From contig OZ250147.1 of assembly GCA_965237555.1 (NCBI GenBank), positions 1,540,331 to 1,604,330 of the forward strand: a stretch of 64,000 nt of DNA, in the 5' to 3' direction. Under the pieces are notes generated by a model. That model was given only the letters and a program-made list of their open reading frames with translations, had not been told where the DNA came from and searched no databases. Position numbers and translations under genes: made by a program. Positions 1-10,219 of the stretch are shown here, piece by piece; position 1 is the stretch's first letter, and each line of letters opens with the position of its first letter. This stretch comes from Amylibacter sp. (lineage in GTDB: Bacteria; Pseudomonadota; Alphaproteobacteria; Rhodobacterales; Rhodobacteraceae).

Positions 1-2472
1 ATTGAGGCACAGCAGGTGTCTGAGATGGTCGACCGGATTATCGCCATGGAAGAAGGCACCCGGGCCTATCTGTTGGCACCGATTGTGCGCGACCGGAAGG
101 GTGAATATCGCAAGGAATTTCAGGAGCTTAAGAAACAAGGATTTCAGCGGGTCAAAGTTGATGGCGCGTTTTACGAACTGGACGATGCGCCGGAACTGAA
201 CAAGAAATACCGGCATAATATCGACGTTGTAGTTGATCGTCTGGTGGTGAAACAGGGGCTCGAAACCCGGCTGGCCGACAGCCTGCGCACCGCGCTTGAT
301 CTGGCTGACGGGATTGCAATTCTGGAGACTGCACCGAACGAAGGCGAGCCGGAGCGGAACACGTTTTCGGAAAATTTCGCCTGTCCGGTCAGCGGATTCA
401 CCATTCCGGAAATCGAACCGCGGCTGTTTTCATTTAACGCCCCGTTCGGGGCCTGCCCGGAATGTGACGGGCTGGGGGTTGAACTGTTTTTTGACGAGCG
501 GTTGGTGGTGTCGGATACGTCGATTTCGCTGTATCAGGGGGCGCTGGCTCCCTGGGCCAAAGGCAAGTCGCCGTATTTCCGCCAGACCATTGAAGCGATA
601 GCGCGGCATTACGAATTTGACAAGGATATACCCTGGTACAAACTGCCGGAACGGGTGCAGCAGGTCATGCTGCGGGGGTCTAGCGACGAAGAAATCAAAT
701 TCCGCTACGACGAAGGCGGTCGTGTGTACGAAATCAGCCGGTCATTTGAGGGTGTCATTCCTAATATGGAGCGCCGCTATCGCGAAACGGATTCAAATTG
801 GATACGCGAAGAGTTTGAGCGCTATCAGAACAACCGGCACTGCGGCACCTGTGACGGGTTCCGCCTGCGCCCCGAAGCGCTGGCGGTGAAAATCGGTGGC
901 TTACACGTCGGCCTGGTAGTGCAGATGTCGATTTCCGAGGCGTTGGACTGGGTTAAAGCCGTCCCGGGCACACTGAACGATCAGAAAAATGAGATAGCCC
1001 GGGCGATCCTGAAGGAAATCCGCGAACGATTGGGGTTTCTGGTGAATGTCGGGCTGAACTATTTAACGCTGTCGCGGGCGTCAGGAACGCTTTCGGGCGG
1101 CGAAAGCCAGCGCATTCGTCTGGCGAGCCAGATCGGATCCGGTCTGACCGGGGTGCTGTATGTACTCGACGAGCCGTCGATTGGATTGCATCAGCGGGAT
1201 AATGACCGACTGCTGGTGACGCTGAAAAACCTGCGCGACCAGGGCAACACGGTGATTGTTGTCGAACACGACGAGGAGGCGATCCGTTCCGCGGATTATG
1301 TGTTGGATATCGGCCCCGGTGCTGGAGTACACGGCGGCGAGATCATTGCCAAAGGTCCGCCAAAACAGATTGAAAATTGCAAGAAATCGATTACCGGCCA
1401 GTATCTTACCGGGCAAAGGCAAGTTCCGATCCCTCTCGAGCGGCGGCCCGGAAACGGCAAGAATGTTGTTGTTGAGGGTGCTACTGGTAACAACCTCAAA
1501 AGCGTCACCGCGAAATATCCGCTGGCCACATTCACCTGTATCACCGGTGTGTCGGGCGGTGGCAAGTCGACGCTGACGGTCGAGACATTGTTCAAAACCG
1601 CATCCATGCGGCTGAACGGAGCAAAGCAGACACCCGCCCCCTGTGATGCTGTTAAAGGGTTGGAGTATCTCGACAAGGTGATCGACATCGACCAACGGCC
1701 GATCGGGCGCACGCCGCGTTCGAATCCGGCGACATATACCGGGGCCTTTACCCCGATCCGTGATTGGTTTGCCGGGTTGCCGGAAGCCAAGACGCGAGGG
1801 TACAAACCAGGCCGGTTTTCCTTCAACGTCAAAGGCGGGCGTTGTGAAGCCTGTCAGGGCGGCGGAGTAATCAAAATTGAAATGCACTTTCTGCCCGATG
1901 TTTATGTAACCTGCGAGAGTTGCCGAGGGAAAAGATATAACCGTGAGACTCTGGAAGTATTATTTAAAGGCAAGAGCATAGCGGACGTTCTCGATATGAC
2001 AGTCGAGGACGCGGAGCAGTTATTCAAAGCAGTTCCGTCGATCCGGGACAAGATGACGGCGCTGCTGCGGGTCGGCCTTGGCTATATCAAAGTTGGCCAG
2101 CAGGCGACAACCCTGTCTGGTGGTGAAGCGCAGCGGGTGAAGCTGAGCAAGGAGCTGTCGAAGCGGTCCACTGGTCGGACGCTCTATATTCTGGATGAAC
2201 CTACCACGGGTTTGCATTTTGAGGACGTGCGCAAATTGCTGGAAGTGCTGCATGAATTGGTAGACCAGGGCAACTCGGTGCTGGTGATCGAGCACAATCT
2301 TGACGTTATCAAAACGGCGGACCATATCATCGATATCGGCCCCGAAGGCGGCGATGGCGGCGGTGAGATTGTGGCGACAGGGACACCGGAAGAAGTTGCG
2401 GCGAATCCAAATAGTTACACAGGGCATTATCTCAAAGAATTACTTGCCGCCAAAAGGGTGGCGGCCGAGTGA
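1..2472 (+). CDS. uvrA: Excinuclease ABC subunit UvrA (5'-truncated by window edge)
   Basis: Frame is open from base 1 ([11 protein letters not shown]...). Zn-finger CxxC motifs, ABC signatures LSGGESQRI and LSGGEAQRV, and Walker A GVSGGGKS. Confidence 0.98.
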   Translation: MEAQQVSEMVDRIIAMEEGTRAYLLAPIVRDRKGEYRKEFQELKKQGFQRVKVDGAFYELDDAPELNKKYRHNIDVVVDRLVVKQGLETRLADSLRTALDLADGIAILETAPNEGEPERNTFSENFACPVSGFTIPEIEPRLFSFNAPFGACPECDGLGVELFFDERLVVSDTSISLYQGALAPWAKGKSPYFRQTIEAIARHYEFDKDIPWYKLPERVQQVMLRGSSDEEIKFRYDEGGRVYEISRSFEGVIPNMERRYRETDSNWIREEFERYQNNRHCGTCDGFRLRPEALAVKIGGLHVGLVVQMSISEALDWVKAVPGTLNDQKNEIARAILKEIRERLGFLVNVGLNYLTLSRASGTLSGGESQRIRLASQIGSGLTGVLYVLDEPSIGLHQRDNDRLLVTLKNLRDQGNTVIVVEHDEEAIRSADYVLDIGPGAGVHGGEIIAKGPPKQIENCKKSITGQYLTGQRQVPIPLERRPGNGKNVVVEGATGNNLKSVTAKYPLATFTCITGVSGGGKSTLTVETLFKTASMRLNGAKQTPAPCDAVKGLEYLDKVIDIDQRPIGRTPRSNPATYTGAFTPIRDWFAGLPEAKTRGYKPGRFSFNVKGGRCEACQGGGVIKIEMHFLPDVYVTCESCRGKRYNRETLEVLFKGKSIADVLDMTVEDAEQLFKAVPSIRDKMTALLRVGLGYIKVGQQATTLSGGEAQRVKLSKELSKRSTGRTLYILDEPTTGLHFEDVRKLLEVLHELVDQGNSVLVIEHNLDVIKTADHIIDIGPEGGDGGGEIVATGTPEEVAANPNSYTGHYLKELLAAKRVAAE

Positions 2473-2489
2473 GAGGGTTGCTTTTGAAA

Positions 2490-2674
2490 CGTCGTGCCCG
2501 ACTTGTTCGGGTGATCTATTTCGTTCTGAGCAAACGGTTTGTTGAGCGAAGTCCCCCGGACGAGCCGGGGATGACGATTTTTTAAATTTGGGCGCTTTAT
2601 ATTGTGCTTTCCTGGGCATGATTCGGGGATACTTTCACAGTATTGCAAGAGGTCCCGGATCAAGCCCGGGACAG
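2490..2674. repeat. Two degenerate REP/REPIN-like inverted pairs
   Basis: CGTCGTGCCCGACTTGTTCGGGTG (2490) pairs with CCCCCGGACGAGCCGGGGATGACG (ends 2576), 18/24 matches by hand. CTTTCCTGGGCATGATTCGGG (2607) pairs with CCCGGATCAAGCCCGGGACAG (ends 2674), 17/21. Located between convergent genes. Confidence 0.6.
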
Positions 2675-2684
2675 TAGCCTGCGG

Positions 2685-3476
2685 CTACTGATCCCACGCT
2701 GGTTGTCGCTTTTCCAGAAACGCCGCTATGCCCTCCTCGGTATCCCGGTACAGCATGTTTTCCACCATTACCTCGCCGGTGAATCTGTAGGCTTCTTCAA
2801 TGGACATTTGTGATTGGCTGTAAAACGCGTTTTTACCAATCTTGACGACTGCACCGAGTTTTTCAGCCACTGTTTCAGCCAGTTCACGGGTCATTTGGTC
2901 CAATTCGGCTTCCGGCACCGCTTTGTTGATCAGGCCGATTTCAACAGCCCGTTTGGCTTCGATGAACTGGCCGGTTGTCAACATTTCAAACGCCTGTTTG
3001 GTTGGGACGTTGCGGCTGAGGGCCACCATTGGCGTGGAACAGAACAGGCCGATGTTGACCCCGTTCACGCCAAAGCGGGAGCCTTCAGATGCAACAGCCA
3101 TATCGCACGTGGCGACCAGTTGGCAGCCTGCGGCGGTCGCAATGCCGTGCGTTTGGGCAATGACGGGCTGCGGCAGATCACGGATCGCCAACATTACTTC
3201 GGCGCAACGGGAAAACAGATCTTGAAAATAGGCTCTACCGCCGTCTTCGGCCTGTCGTCCTGCAGTCATTTCCTTCAGGTCGTGTCCGGCGCAAAAGGCT
3301 TTTCCCGCGCCTTTTAGGATCACGGCGCGAATGGAATTGTCCCGAGCCAAGGCCGCAAATTCTGTTTTCAAAGCCGCCAGCATCGCATCGGACAAGGCGT
3401 TCAGCGACTTTGGTGTGTTCAGCGTCAATTCAGCAATTGCGCCGGTATCGTTGCGTAACAGGATATCGTCGGACAT
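2685..3476 (-). CDS. Enoyl-CoA hydratase/isomerase (crotonase) family protein
   Basis: Crotonase motifs AFCAGHDLKEM and GIATAAGCQL; C-terminal EGIAAFLEKR. Confidence 0.93.
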   Translation of the reverse strand: MSDDILLRNDTGAIAELTLNTPKSLNALSDAMLAALKTEFAALARDNSIRAVILKGAGKAFCAGHDLKEMTAGRQAEDGGRAYFQDLFSRCAEVMLAIRDLPQPVIAQTHGIATAAGCQLVATCDMAVASEGSRFGVNGVNIGLFCSTPMVALSRNVPTKQAFEMLTTGQFIEAKRAVEIGLINKAVPEAELDQMTRELAETVAEKLGAVVKIGKNAFYSQSQMSIEEAYRFTGEVMVENMLYRDTEEGIAAFLEKRQPAWDQ

Positions 3477-3545
3477 GTTTCCCTCTTGTTTGCCGCCGGA
3501 TTTTCGCAGAGCCTATGCCCGAATAACGCCAGTGGAAAGAGCCTC

Positions 3546-3965
3546 ATGTCGCTGAAAATGACTATAGACCAATTGCACGATCTGATTTCTGATGTTTTTC
3601 CGCAAGTCGAAGACAGTTTTGAAGTTCTGGAACTGGCACCTCATGAAATTATGGTGCGCATGAAAATGCAGGATCAGCACCTGCGCCCCGGAGGAACGGT
3701 TTCCGGCCCGGCGATGTTTTTATTGGCGGACTGTGCCTATTATCTGGTCACATTGGCGATGATCGGACCCAAAGCCCTGGCTGTAACCACCAATTGCTCA
3801 ATTGATTTCATGCGCAAACCGACGCCCGGTGACATGATTGCCGAGGCGCGGGTGCTCAAGCTTGGGAAAATGCTGAGTGTGGGAGACGTGTTGTTGTATT
3901 CAGAAGGGCAGGACAAGCCTGTGGCCCACGCCAATCTGACCTATTCCATCCCCCCAGAACGATGA
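3546..3965 (+). CDS. PaaI-family thioesterase (hotdog fold)
   Basis: HLRPGGTVSGPAMFLLAD motif. ATG at 3546 chosen over the longer ORF start. Confidence 0.9.
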   Translation: MSLKMTIDQLHDLISDVFPQVEDSFEVLELAPHEIMVRMKMQDQHLRPGGTVSGPAMFLLADCAYYLVTLAMIGPKALAVTTNCSIDFMRKPTPGDMIAEARVLKLGKMLSVGDVLLYSEGQDKPVAHANLTYSIPPER

Positions 3966-4035
3966 ATTTGTGGGGTATTATAATACCCAAATTGTAAGTT
4001 GTTGTTATTTCACCTTTTTTGCAGACTTATGCGTG

Positions 4036-4063
4036 TTGACTTGGCGCAGTGACAGGGTAAAAC
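4036..4063 (+). promoter_or_regulatory. Candidate sigma70 promoter of rplM-rpsI
   Basis: TTGACT-N16-TAAAAC about 65 nt upstream of rplM. Confidence 0.35.
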
Positions 4064-4127
4064 CCACTTCAGAATTCTGCGAGAGCTGTGGCGCTCTTTT
4101 AAACCATCCTCACTTGGGACGAAACCG

Positions 4128-4595
4128 ATGAAAACCTTCTCAGCAACTGCTGCTGACATCGACAAGAAATGGATCCTGATCGACGCTGAAGGCGTTGTTC
4201 TGGGCCGTCTTGCGTCGATCGTGGCCATGCGTCTGCGTGGCAAACACAAAGCAACCTTCACGCCGTCGATGGACATGGGTGACAATGTCATCATCATCAA
4301 CGCAGAAAAAATCCAGATGACCGGCAAAAAACGGGCCAACAAAGTGCACTACTGGCACACAGGTTATCCCGGCGGCATCAAATCGCGCACGGCCGGCCAG
4401 ATTCTGGACGGTGCACATCCGGAGCGTTTGGTCACCAAAGCGGTGCAACGTATGTTGCCAGGCGGCGTTCTGAGCCGTCAGCAAATGACCAACCTGCGGG
4501 TCTATGCCGGTTCTGATCACCCGCATGAAGCGCAGTCGCCCGAAATATTGGACGTAAAAGCCATGAACCCTAAAAATACGCGGAGCCAATCATGA
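4128..4595 (+). CDS. rplM: 50S ribosomal protein L13
   Basis: [18 protein letters not shown]...[16 protein letters not shown]...HTGYPGGIK. Confidence 0.99.
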   Translation: MKTFSATAADIDKKWILIDAEGVVLGRLASIVAMRLRGKHKATFTPSMDMGDNVIIINAEKIQMTGKKRANKVHYWHTGYPGGIKSRTAGQILDGAHPERLVTKAVQRMLPGGVLSRQQMTNLRVYAGSDHPHEAQSPEILDVKAMNPKNTRSQS

Positions 4596-5092
4596 GCGAC
4601 GATATTAAATCATTGGACGATCTGAAAGATGCGGTAGACGAAAATGCCGAAGCAGTTGTCGTAAACCATGAGGAGCAAATCATCCGTGAACCGAAGCGGG
4701 ATGCGCTTGGTCGTTCTTACGCCACAGGCAAACGGAAAGATGCGGTTGCCCGGGTCTGGATCAAGCCGGGTTCTGGCAAAGTGACTGTGAACGGCAAAGA
4801 GCTGAACACCTATTTCGCACGCCCGGTTTTGCAGATGGTGTTGAACCAGCCGTTCGAAGTGGCCGGTGTTGAAGGCGAATTCGACGTGATGGCAACGGTC
4901 AAAGGCGGCGGATTGTCCGGTCAAGCCGGCGCGGTCAAACACGGTATCTCAAAAGCTTTGCAGTTTTATGAACCGTCTTTGCGGGCTCCTCTGAAAGCCG
5001 CCGGTTTCCTGACCCGAGACTCGCGCGTTGTGGAACGCAAAAAATACGGCAAGCGCAAAGCCCGCCGCAGCTTCCAGTTCTCGAAACGCTAG
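4592..5092 (+). CDS. rpsI: 30S ribosomal protein S9
   Basis: [13 protein letters not shown]...[15 protein letters not shown]...[25 protein letters not shown]; ATGA overlap with rplM. Confidence 0.99.
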   Translation: MSDDIKSLDDLKDAVDENAEAVVVNHEEQIIREPKRDALGRSYATGKRKDAVARVWIKPGSGKVTVNGKELNTYFARPVLQMVLNQPFEVAGVEGEFDVMATVKGGGLSGQAGAVKHGISKALQFYEPSLRAPLKAAGFLTRDSRVVERKKYGKRKARRSFQFSKR

Positions 5093-5114
5093 TCCATTCA
5101 AATTTGAAATTTGG

Positions 5115-5146
5115 AAGGGCCCGCGTTTCGCGGGCCTTTTCTTTTT
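5115..5146 (+). terminator. Rho-independent terminator after rpsI
   Basis: GGCCCGCG-TTT-CGCGGGCC followed by TTTTCTTTTT. Confidence 0.9.
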
Positions 5147-5192
5147 GTACTGTTGGTGATCAATTGCGCGAAGTGAGACCAGGAATACTACG

Positions 5193-6005
5193 ATGCCGGT
5201 AGGAGTTTTTGACAGTGGTTTGGGCGGGCTAACCGTTTTTAACGCCATCCGGAGACGGATGCCGTATCAACCACTTTTGTATCTGGGGGACAACAAACAT
5301 ACTCCTTATGGCGTACGCGACCCCGAAGATATCTATGACCTGACTGTCAGAAACACCCAGCGGTTGTTTGATCAGGGGTGTGATCTGGTGATTTTGGCGT
5401 GCAACACCGCCTCAGCTGTGGCGCTAAAGCGGATGCAGGAGACCTGGATACCCGGTGACAAACGCGTGTTGGGGGTGTTTGTGCCGATGATCGAGGCGGT
5501 GACTGAACGCAAATGGGGCGACAATTCGCCACCGCGTGAAGTTGCGGTAAAGCAGGTGGCGTTGTTTGCCACGCCTGCAACAGTGGCCAGTAGGGGGTTT
5601 CAGCGCGAACTGGCGTTCCGGGCAGTGGGGGTGGATGTAGAGGCGCAGCCCTGTGGTGGTCTGGTCGACGCGCTGGAAATGAACGATCTGGAGCTGGCCG
5701 AGGCAATGGTTCACTCACACGTTGCTGCGTTGCTGAGGCGAATGCCAAATCCCGAAGCTGCGGTGTTGGGTTGTACCCATTATCCGATTTTAGAGCGGGT
5801 GTTTCAGGCGGCGCTGGGGCCGGATGTCTCGGTCTATTCGCAGGGCAATCTGGTAGCCGCCAGCCTAGAAGACTATTTGCGACGACATCCGAACATGACG
5901 GGCGCTGACGGGCAAACCCGATGTATGACCACGGGCGATCCGCACAAGGTGGGCGTGGCGACGACGCGCTTTCTTGGCAAACACGTGGTGTTTGAGGTGG
6001 CGTAG
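5193..6005 (+). CDS. murI: Glutamate racemase
   Basis: [21 protein letters not shown] and LGCTHYP motifs. Confidence 0.96.
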   Translation: MPVGVFDSGLGGLTVFNAIRRRMPYQPLLYLGDNKHTPYGVRDPEDIYDLTVRNTQRLFDQGCDLVILACNTASAVALKRMQETWIPGDKRVLGVFVPMIEAVTERKWGDNSPPREVAVKQVALFATPATVASRGFQRELAFRAVGVDVEAQPCGGLVDALEMNDLELAEAMVHSHVAALLRRMPNPEAAVLGCTHYPILERVFQAALGPDVSVYSQGNLVAASLEDYLRRHPNMTGADGQTRCMTTGDPHKVGVATTRFLGKHVVFEVA

Positions 6006-6136
6006 GGAGCCTCCGACGGAGGTAATTTCGCCAAAGTATAAATATGAAGTGAAGAATTTGGGGATGCATCCGGCATTTATTGCGGGGTGCGGCAAAATCC
6101 CTTACATCACAGATATAACTGAATTGGAGAGAGCTG

Positions 6137-7168
6137 ATGGTACAGCCGAAAAACATCGCGATTCTGGGGGCTTCCGGCTATACGGGGGCAGAATTGGTGC
6201 GCTTGATTGCAACGCACCAGGGCATGGAAATCCACGCGATGACGGCTGATCGAAAAGCCGGGCTGGACATGGGCGCGGTGTTTCCGCATTTGCGGCATTT
6301 GGATTTGCCGGTTCTGTCGCGGATTGAAGAAATCGATTTCACCGGAATTGATCTGGTGTTTTGCGCTTTGCCGCATGCAACATCGCAAGAGGTGATCCGG
6401 TTTTTGCCGGACACAGTGAAAGTGGTGGATTTGAGTGCTGATTTTCGGATCAGAGATCCTGAAGTTTACGCCAAATGGTATGGCGGCGAACACACAGCTC
6501 TGCAATTGCAGGCTGAGGCGGTTTATGGGCTGACCGAGTATTACCGTGAAGACATCCGCGCAGCCCGTTTGGTAGCCGGTACGGGTTGCAATGCAATGAG
6601 CGGACTGATGCCCGTATTGCCGCTGCTCTATGCGGGTGTGATTGATCCGGACGATATCATTATTGATCTGGCGACAGGGGTTTCCGGGGCCGGGCGAGCG
6701 GCCAAGGAAGGCATGTTGCATTCCGAAGTGTCCGAAGGCTATCGCGCCTATAACGTGGCCAAACACCGGCACTTGGCAGAGTTTGATCAGGAAATGTCGT
6801 TAGCGGCTGGGCGGAAGATTGAGGTGACCTTTACGCCGCATTTGTTACCGCAAAACAGAGGGATACTGGCGACAGTTTACGTCAAAGGTGAGGCGCGGGC
6901 GATTTATAACGCCCTGGCGGAGAAATATGCCAACGAGCCCTTCGTCTATGTGTTGCCGTTTGACGAATCCCCGGCAACCCAGCATGTGCGCGGTTCGAAT
7001 TACTGCCATATCGGGGTGATTCCGGACCGGCGTCCGGGTCGTGTGATGGTGTTTTCTGCACTTGATAACCTGACCAAAGGGTCGTCGGGACAGGCAATCC
7101 AGAATGCAAACCTGATGCTGGGGCTGCCAGAGACGCAAGGGCTGGAACTGGCGCCGCTGTTTCCGTGA
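6137..7168 (+). CDS. argC: N-acetyl-gamma-glutamyl-phosphate reductase
   Basis: [24 protein letters not shown] and [14 protein letters not shown] motifs. Confidence 0.97.
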   Translation: MVQPKNIAILGASGYTGAELVRLIATHQGMEIHAMTADRKAGLDMGAVFPHLRHLDLPVLSRIEEIDFTGIDLVFCALPHATSQEVIRFLPDTVKVVDLSADFRIRDPEVYAKWYGGEHTALQLQAEAVYGLTEYYREDIRAARLVAGTGCNAMSGLMPVLPLLYAGVIDPDDIIIDLATGVSGAGRAAKEGMLHSEVSEGYRAYNVAKHRHLAEFDQEMSLAAGRKIEVTFTPHLLPQNRGILATVYVKGEARAIYNALAEKYANEPFVYVLPFDESPATQHVRGSNYCHIGVIPDRRPGRVMVFSALDNLTKGSSGQAIQNANLMLGLPETQGLELAPLFP

Positions 7169-7989
7169 TCCACGCTCTGTATACGATCTTCAAAGAGGCG
7201 GTTTCCGCCTTTTTGAGACGTGAGGGCGATTTACATGCCGGTTACATCGCCTATGCGCTGTTGTTGGCGATTTTTCCGTTTCTGATCTTCGCTGTTTCGC
7301 TGACTGGGTTGATCATCGGCGAGGCGCGCAGCAGCGAGGCGGTGGGTGTTCTGTTTGATTTCGCCCCGGAATACCTGGCCGAAGTGCTGGAACCGGTGCT
7401 GATACAGGTGCTGGCGCAGTCGCACAGCCTGTTTACGTTGTTTATTGTGCTGGCCATCTGGGCAGCAATGCGGGCGGTGGAGGCGATCAATCTGGCGTTT
7501 GACCGCACTTATGGCGAGCGTGGAGGCGCTGTTTGGATTATTCGCAAGGCTAAAGCGATCATCGTGGTAGGTGTTGCGGCTATTGTTACCGTGGTGCTGG
7601 GTCTGTCGATCCTGTTTGCGCCGGTGCTGATCAATCTGGTGGAAAGTTACACGACAGTGGACCTGCCACAAAATCTGTTGTTGACGCGATATGCCGTTGG
7701 AACCGTTGTGTTTTATCTATTTCTGTGGAGTCTGCACTGGTTTCTGCCGAATCATCACGCCCGTGGTTTTCCGATCTGGCCCGGGGTGCTGGCCTCGACG
7801 GTTTTATGGGTTGCAATGGCGACCGGCATGTCGATTTATCTGGCCTATGCTGGCAGTTATACGGTGACTTACGGCACGCTTTCCGGGATTGTTATAACCA
7901 TGTTGTTTCTGTATTTCTCCGGCGCAATTATTATCTTTGGGGCCGAGATGAATGGTTCGGTACAGCGGTACAGAGAAAGACAGGGTTGA
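7165..7989 (+). CDS. YihY/virulence factor BrkB family membrane protein
   Basis: Multiple TM helices; [16 protein letters not shown] and [22 protein letters not shown] motifs. Confidence 0.88.
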   Translation: MIHALYTIFKEAVSAFLRREGDLHAGYIAYALLLAIFPFLIFAVSLTGLIIGEARSSEAVGVLFDFAPEYLAEVLEPVLIQVLAQSHSLFTLFIVLAIWAAMRAVEAINLAFDRTYGERGGAVWIIRKAKAIIVVGVAAIVTVVLGLSILFAPVLINLVESYTTVDLPQNLLLTRYAVGTVVFYLFLWSLHWFLPNHHARGFPIWPGVLASTVLWVAMATGMSIYLAYAGSYTVTYGTLSGIVITMLFLYFSGAIIIFGAEMNGSVQRYRERQG

Positions 7990-8430
7990 ATGGCCGGATT
8001 GAAGAAAAAACGAAGAATACAGCTGATTGTCGCCGGTTTTGTGTTTCTGGCCGCCGCGGCGACACTGATTGGCTATGCCGCCAAGGACGGGATCGAGTTT
8101 TTCCGCAGCCCGACGCAGGTAGCAGAAGGTCCACCTCTGCCCAGCGAGACCTTTCGCATTGGCGGGCTTGTTCAAGACGGTTCCTTGGTGAAAAGCGGTA
8201 AAACTGTCAATTTTGTCGTGACAGATGGCGGCGCTTCTGTGCCTGTCACCTTCACGGGTATTCTGCCAGACTTATTCAACGAAGGTCAGGGGATGATTGC
8301 GACCGGGAAACTGGTCGATGGAACTTTTCAAGCCACTGAAATTCTTGCCAAACATGACGAGGATTATCTGCCGAAAGAGGTGGCTGAGGCGTTGAAAGAA
8401 CAGGGTGTCTTTCAGCCTTCTGACAAGTAG
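7990..8430 (+). CDS. ccmE: Cytochrome c maturation heme chaperone CcmE
   Basis: N-terminal TM, RIGGLV, LPDLFNEGQG and LAKHDEDY (heme-binding His). Confidence 0.97.
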   Translation: MAGLKKKRRIQLIVAGFVFLAAAATLIGYAAKDGIEFFRSPTQVAEGPPLPSETFRIGGLVQDGSLVKSGKTVNFVVTDGGASVPVTFTGILPDLFNEGQGMIATGKLVDGTFQATEILAKHDEDYLPKEVAEALKEQGVFQPSDK

Positions 8431-8506
8431 CGCTCGCTGTCAAAACCGAAAATTAGCAAAATCCCGTTACAGTTCTGCCCGATTTATCTGATGGAATTGG
8501 GTGGTT

Positions 8507-9118
8507 ATGGTCGAGGTGGATAAAATTGCACGAGACATCGTGCGCCGTGAAGGTGGGTATGTGAATGACCCGGATGATCCGGGCGGGGCGACCAATTTTG
8601 GCGTAACAATCCACACCATGCGACGCCTTGGGCTGGATCTGACCGGAGACGGACAGGTCGATACCCGCGATGTCAAGGCGCTGAGCGAAGCCCAGGCAGT
8701 ACAAATATTCAAGGATCACTATTTCCACCGTCCCCGCATTGGCGAATTGCCCTTTGTGTTGCAGGTCAGCGTTTTTGATATGTACGTCAATGCAGGCGGC
8801 AACGCGGTGAAAATCCTGCAGCGAATGTTATCTTTGTTTGGTGATAAAGTCTCGGTCGACGGTGCGCTGGGGCCAAATTCCCTGCAGGCTGCGGAGCGGG
8901 TTGTGGTCGCTGCACCGGACTATATCGTTGACGCCTATGGCATTGAGCGGCGCAACTATTATTATCAATTGGCTGACCGCAGACCAAGTTCCCGCAAATA
9001 CGCACGGCGGCGCGACGGCGGCAAAGGTGGCTGGATCAAACGCGCCGAAGAGTTCATTTCGCCAAAATATCATATGTCATTACAAGATCATAGCAGGAGA
9101 TGCGCCAAATGGGCCTGA
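8507..9118 (+). CDS. Glycosyl hydrolase family 108 endolysin (holin-associated N-acetylmuramidase)
   Basis: REGGYVNDPDDPGGATNFGVT catalytic motif, peptidoglycan-binding VDGALGP, and C-terminal KGGWIKRA. ATG 8507 (alternative GTG 8501). Confidence 0.92.
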   Translation: MVEVDKIARDIVRREGGYVNDPDDPGGATNFGVTIHTMRRLGLDLTGDGQVDTRDVKALSEAQAVQIFKDHYFHRPRIGELPFVLQVSVFDMYVNAGGNAVKILQRMLSLFGDKVSVDGALGPNSLQAAERVVVAAPDYIVDAYGIERRNYYYQLADRRPSSRKYARRRDGGKGGWIKRAEEFISPKYHMSLQDHSRRCAKWA

Positions 9119-9585
9119 TCGGAAATATACTTGGTATCGGTCGTGCCGCACGCGAAGTCGCCGAAGTTTTTGTCCCGAACAAGACCAAAAACCAGACCTA
9201 TGAACATCTGGAGCACACCGCGGCGCTGAAACAGTACGGCACTGAATACCAGCTTCAGCAACACGGTTGGTTCAACGGGGTTGTCAATGGTCTCAACCGC
9301 CTGCCGCGTCCGGTTTTAGCGCTCGGCACCGTTGGATTGTTTGCCTATGCGATGGCCGAACCGGCCGGGTTTTCGGTCCGCATGGCTGGCCTTGAGACAG
9401 TGCCACGCGAATTGTGGTGGCTGCTCGGTGCGATTGTGTCGTTTTACTTTGGCGCGCGCGAATTGCACCATCAGCGCACACGCTCCTCCGGGCGCCGGCA
9501 AGCTACACCACACGGAATCGCCAATGTCAGTGACAACGAAGACGGCAACGCCGCCGTCGCGGATTGGTTAAAAGTGCAACGGTAA
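9109..9585 (+). CDS. Holin (GTA-release 3TM holin-like)
   Basis: Overlaps the endolysin end. DxLNRLPRP-like motif (NGLNRLPRPVLALG) and LWWLLGAIVSFYFGAR, as in holins paired with GH108 in Rhodobacterales. Confidence 0.85.
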   Translation: MGLIGNILGIGRAAREVAEVFVPNKTKNQTYEHLEHTAALKQYGTEYQLQQHGWFNGVVNGLNRLPRPVLALGTVGLFAYAMAEPAGFSVRMAGLETVPRELWWLLGAIVSFYFGARELHHQRTRSSGRRQATPHGIANVSDNEDGNAAVADWLKVQR

Positions 9586-9694
9586 AGCCTCTTTTATCCG
9601 AACCGGACGATACCGGAACCACTCTGGAATTTATAGAACACGACCCCACTTGACGATACTGTGCTTGCAGTACAATCGACAAATGAGGTTCTTG

Positions 9695-10087
9695 ATGAAA
9701 TTTTCGATCTTGCTCATCACTCTGGCGATGATGGTTCATTTGTTCGGCCATTTTGTACCCGCCGCATTGCCGGAACATATTTTGGACGCAGAGCTTGATT
9801 CCCACATGCGTTTTCATGTCTTTCAATCTTCGATCTGGATATTGGGTATTGATTTTCTGATATTACTCCTTGCCTACGGCCCGTTCATGAACCGCCAACG
9901 CTGGTCGGTTGTGGCCCTGTTGGTTGCCGGAATTCCATCACAACTTGCGTATTTTTTCGCGATTGGCGTTTTCCCCGATGGCGCGCCACCGGTTGGCCCG
10001 GCGATAAATGCGCTTATGGCGGTGACAGCGGTGATATTTTTTGTTGGTGTGCTAATGGGCGGCAGGCAGATATTTGCAGCACAGTAA
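9695..10087 (+). CDS. Hypothetical 4-TM membrane protein
   Basis: GAGG RBS before ATG 9695 and four hydrophobic segments; family not recognised. Confidence 0.7.
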   Translation: MKFSILLITLAMMVHLFGHFVPAALPEHILDAELDSHMRFHVFQSSIWILGIDFLILLLAYGPFMNRQRWSVVALLVAGIPSQLAYFFAIGVFPDGAPPVGPAINALMAVTAVIFFVGVLMGGRQIFAAQ

Positions 10088-10219
10088 GAGGCTATCCCAC
10101 ACGCCAATTCGCCGTGCCAAGCGTTTGAGTGACGCGACCAATACGCGCTGGTTGCGAGGATGTGATTTTACTCCCCTTCGCATGCGGATATAGTGCCAGC
10201 GACCAACTGGGCAGGCCAC

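Noticed and set aside
6006-6060. CCTCC-GAC-GGAGG hairpin followed by an AT-rich tail after murI, resembling a Roseobacter-type intergenic repeat
   Set aside because: Single short copy in the window; cannot be distinguished from a chance hairpin or weak terminator.
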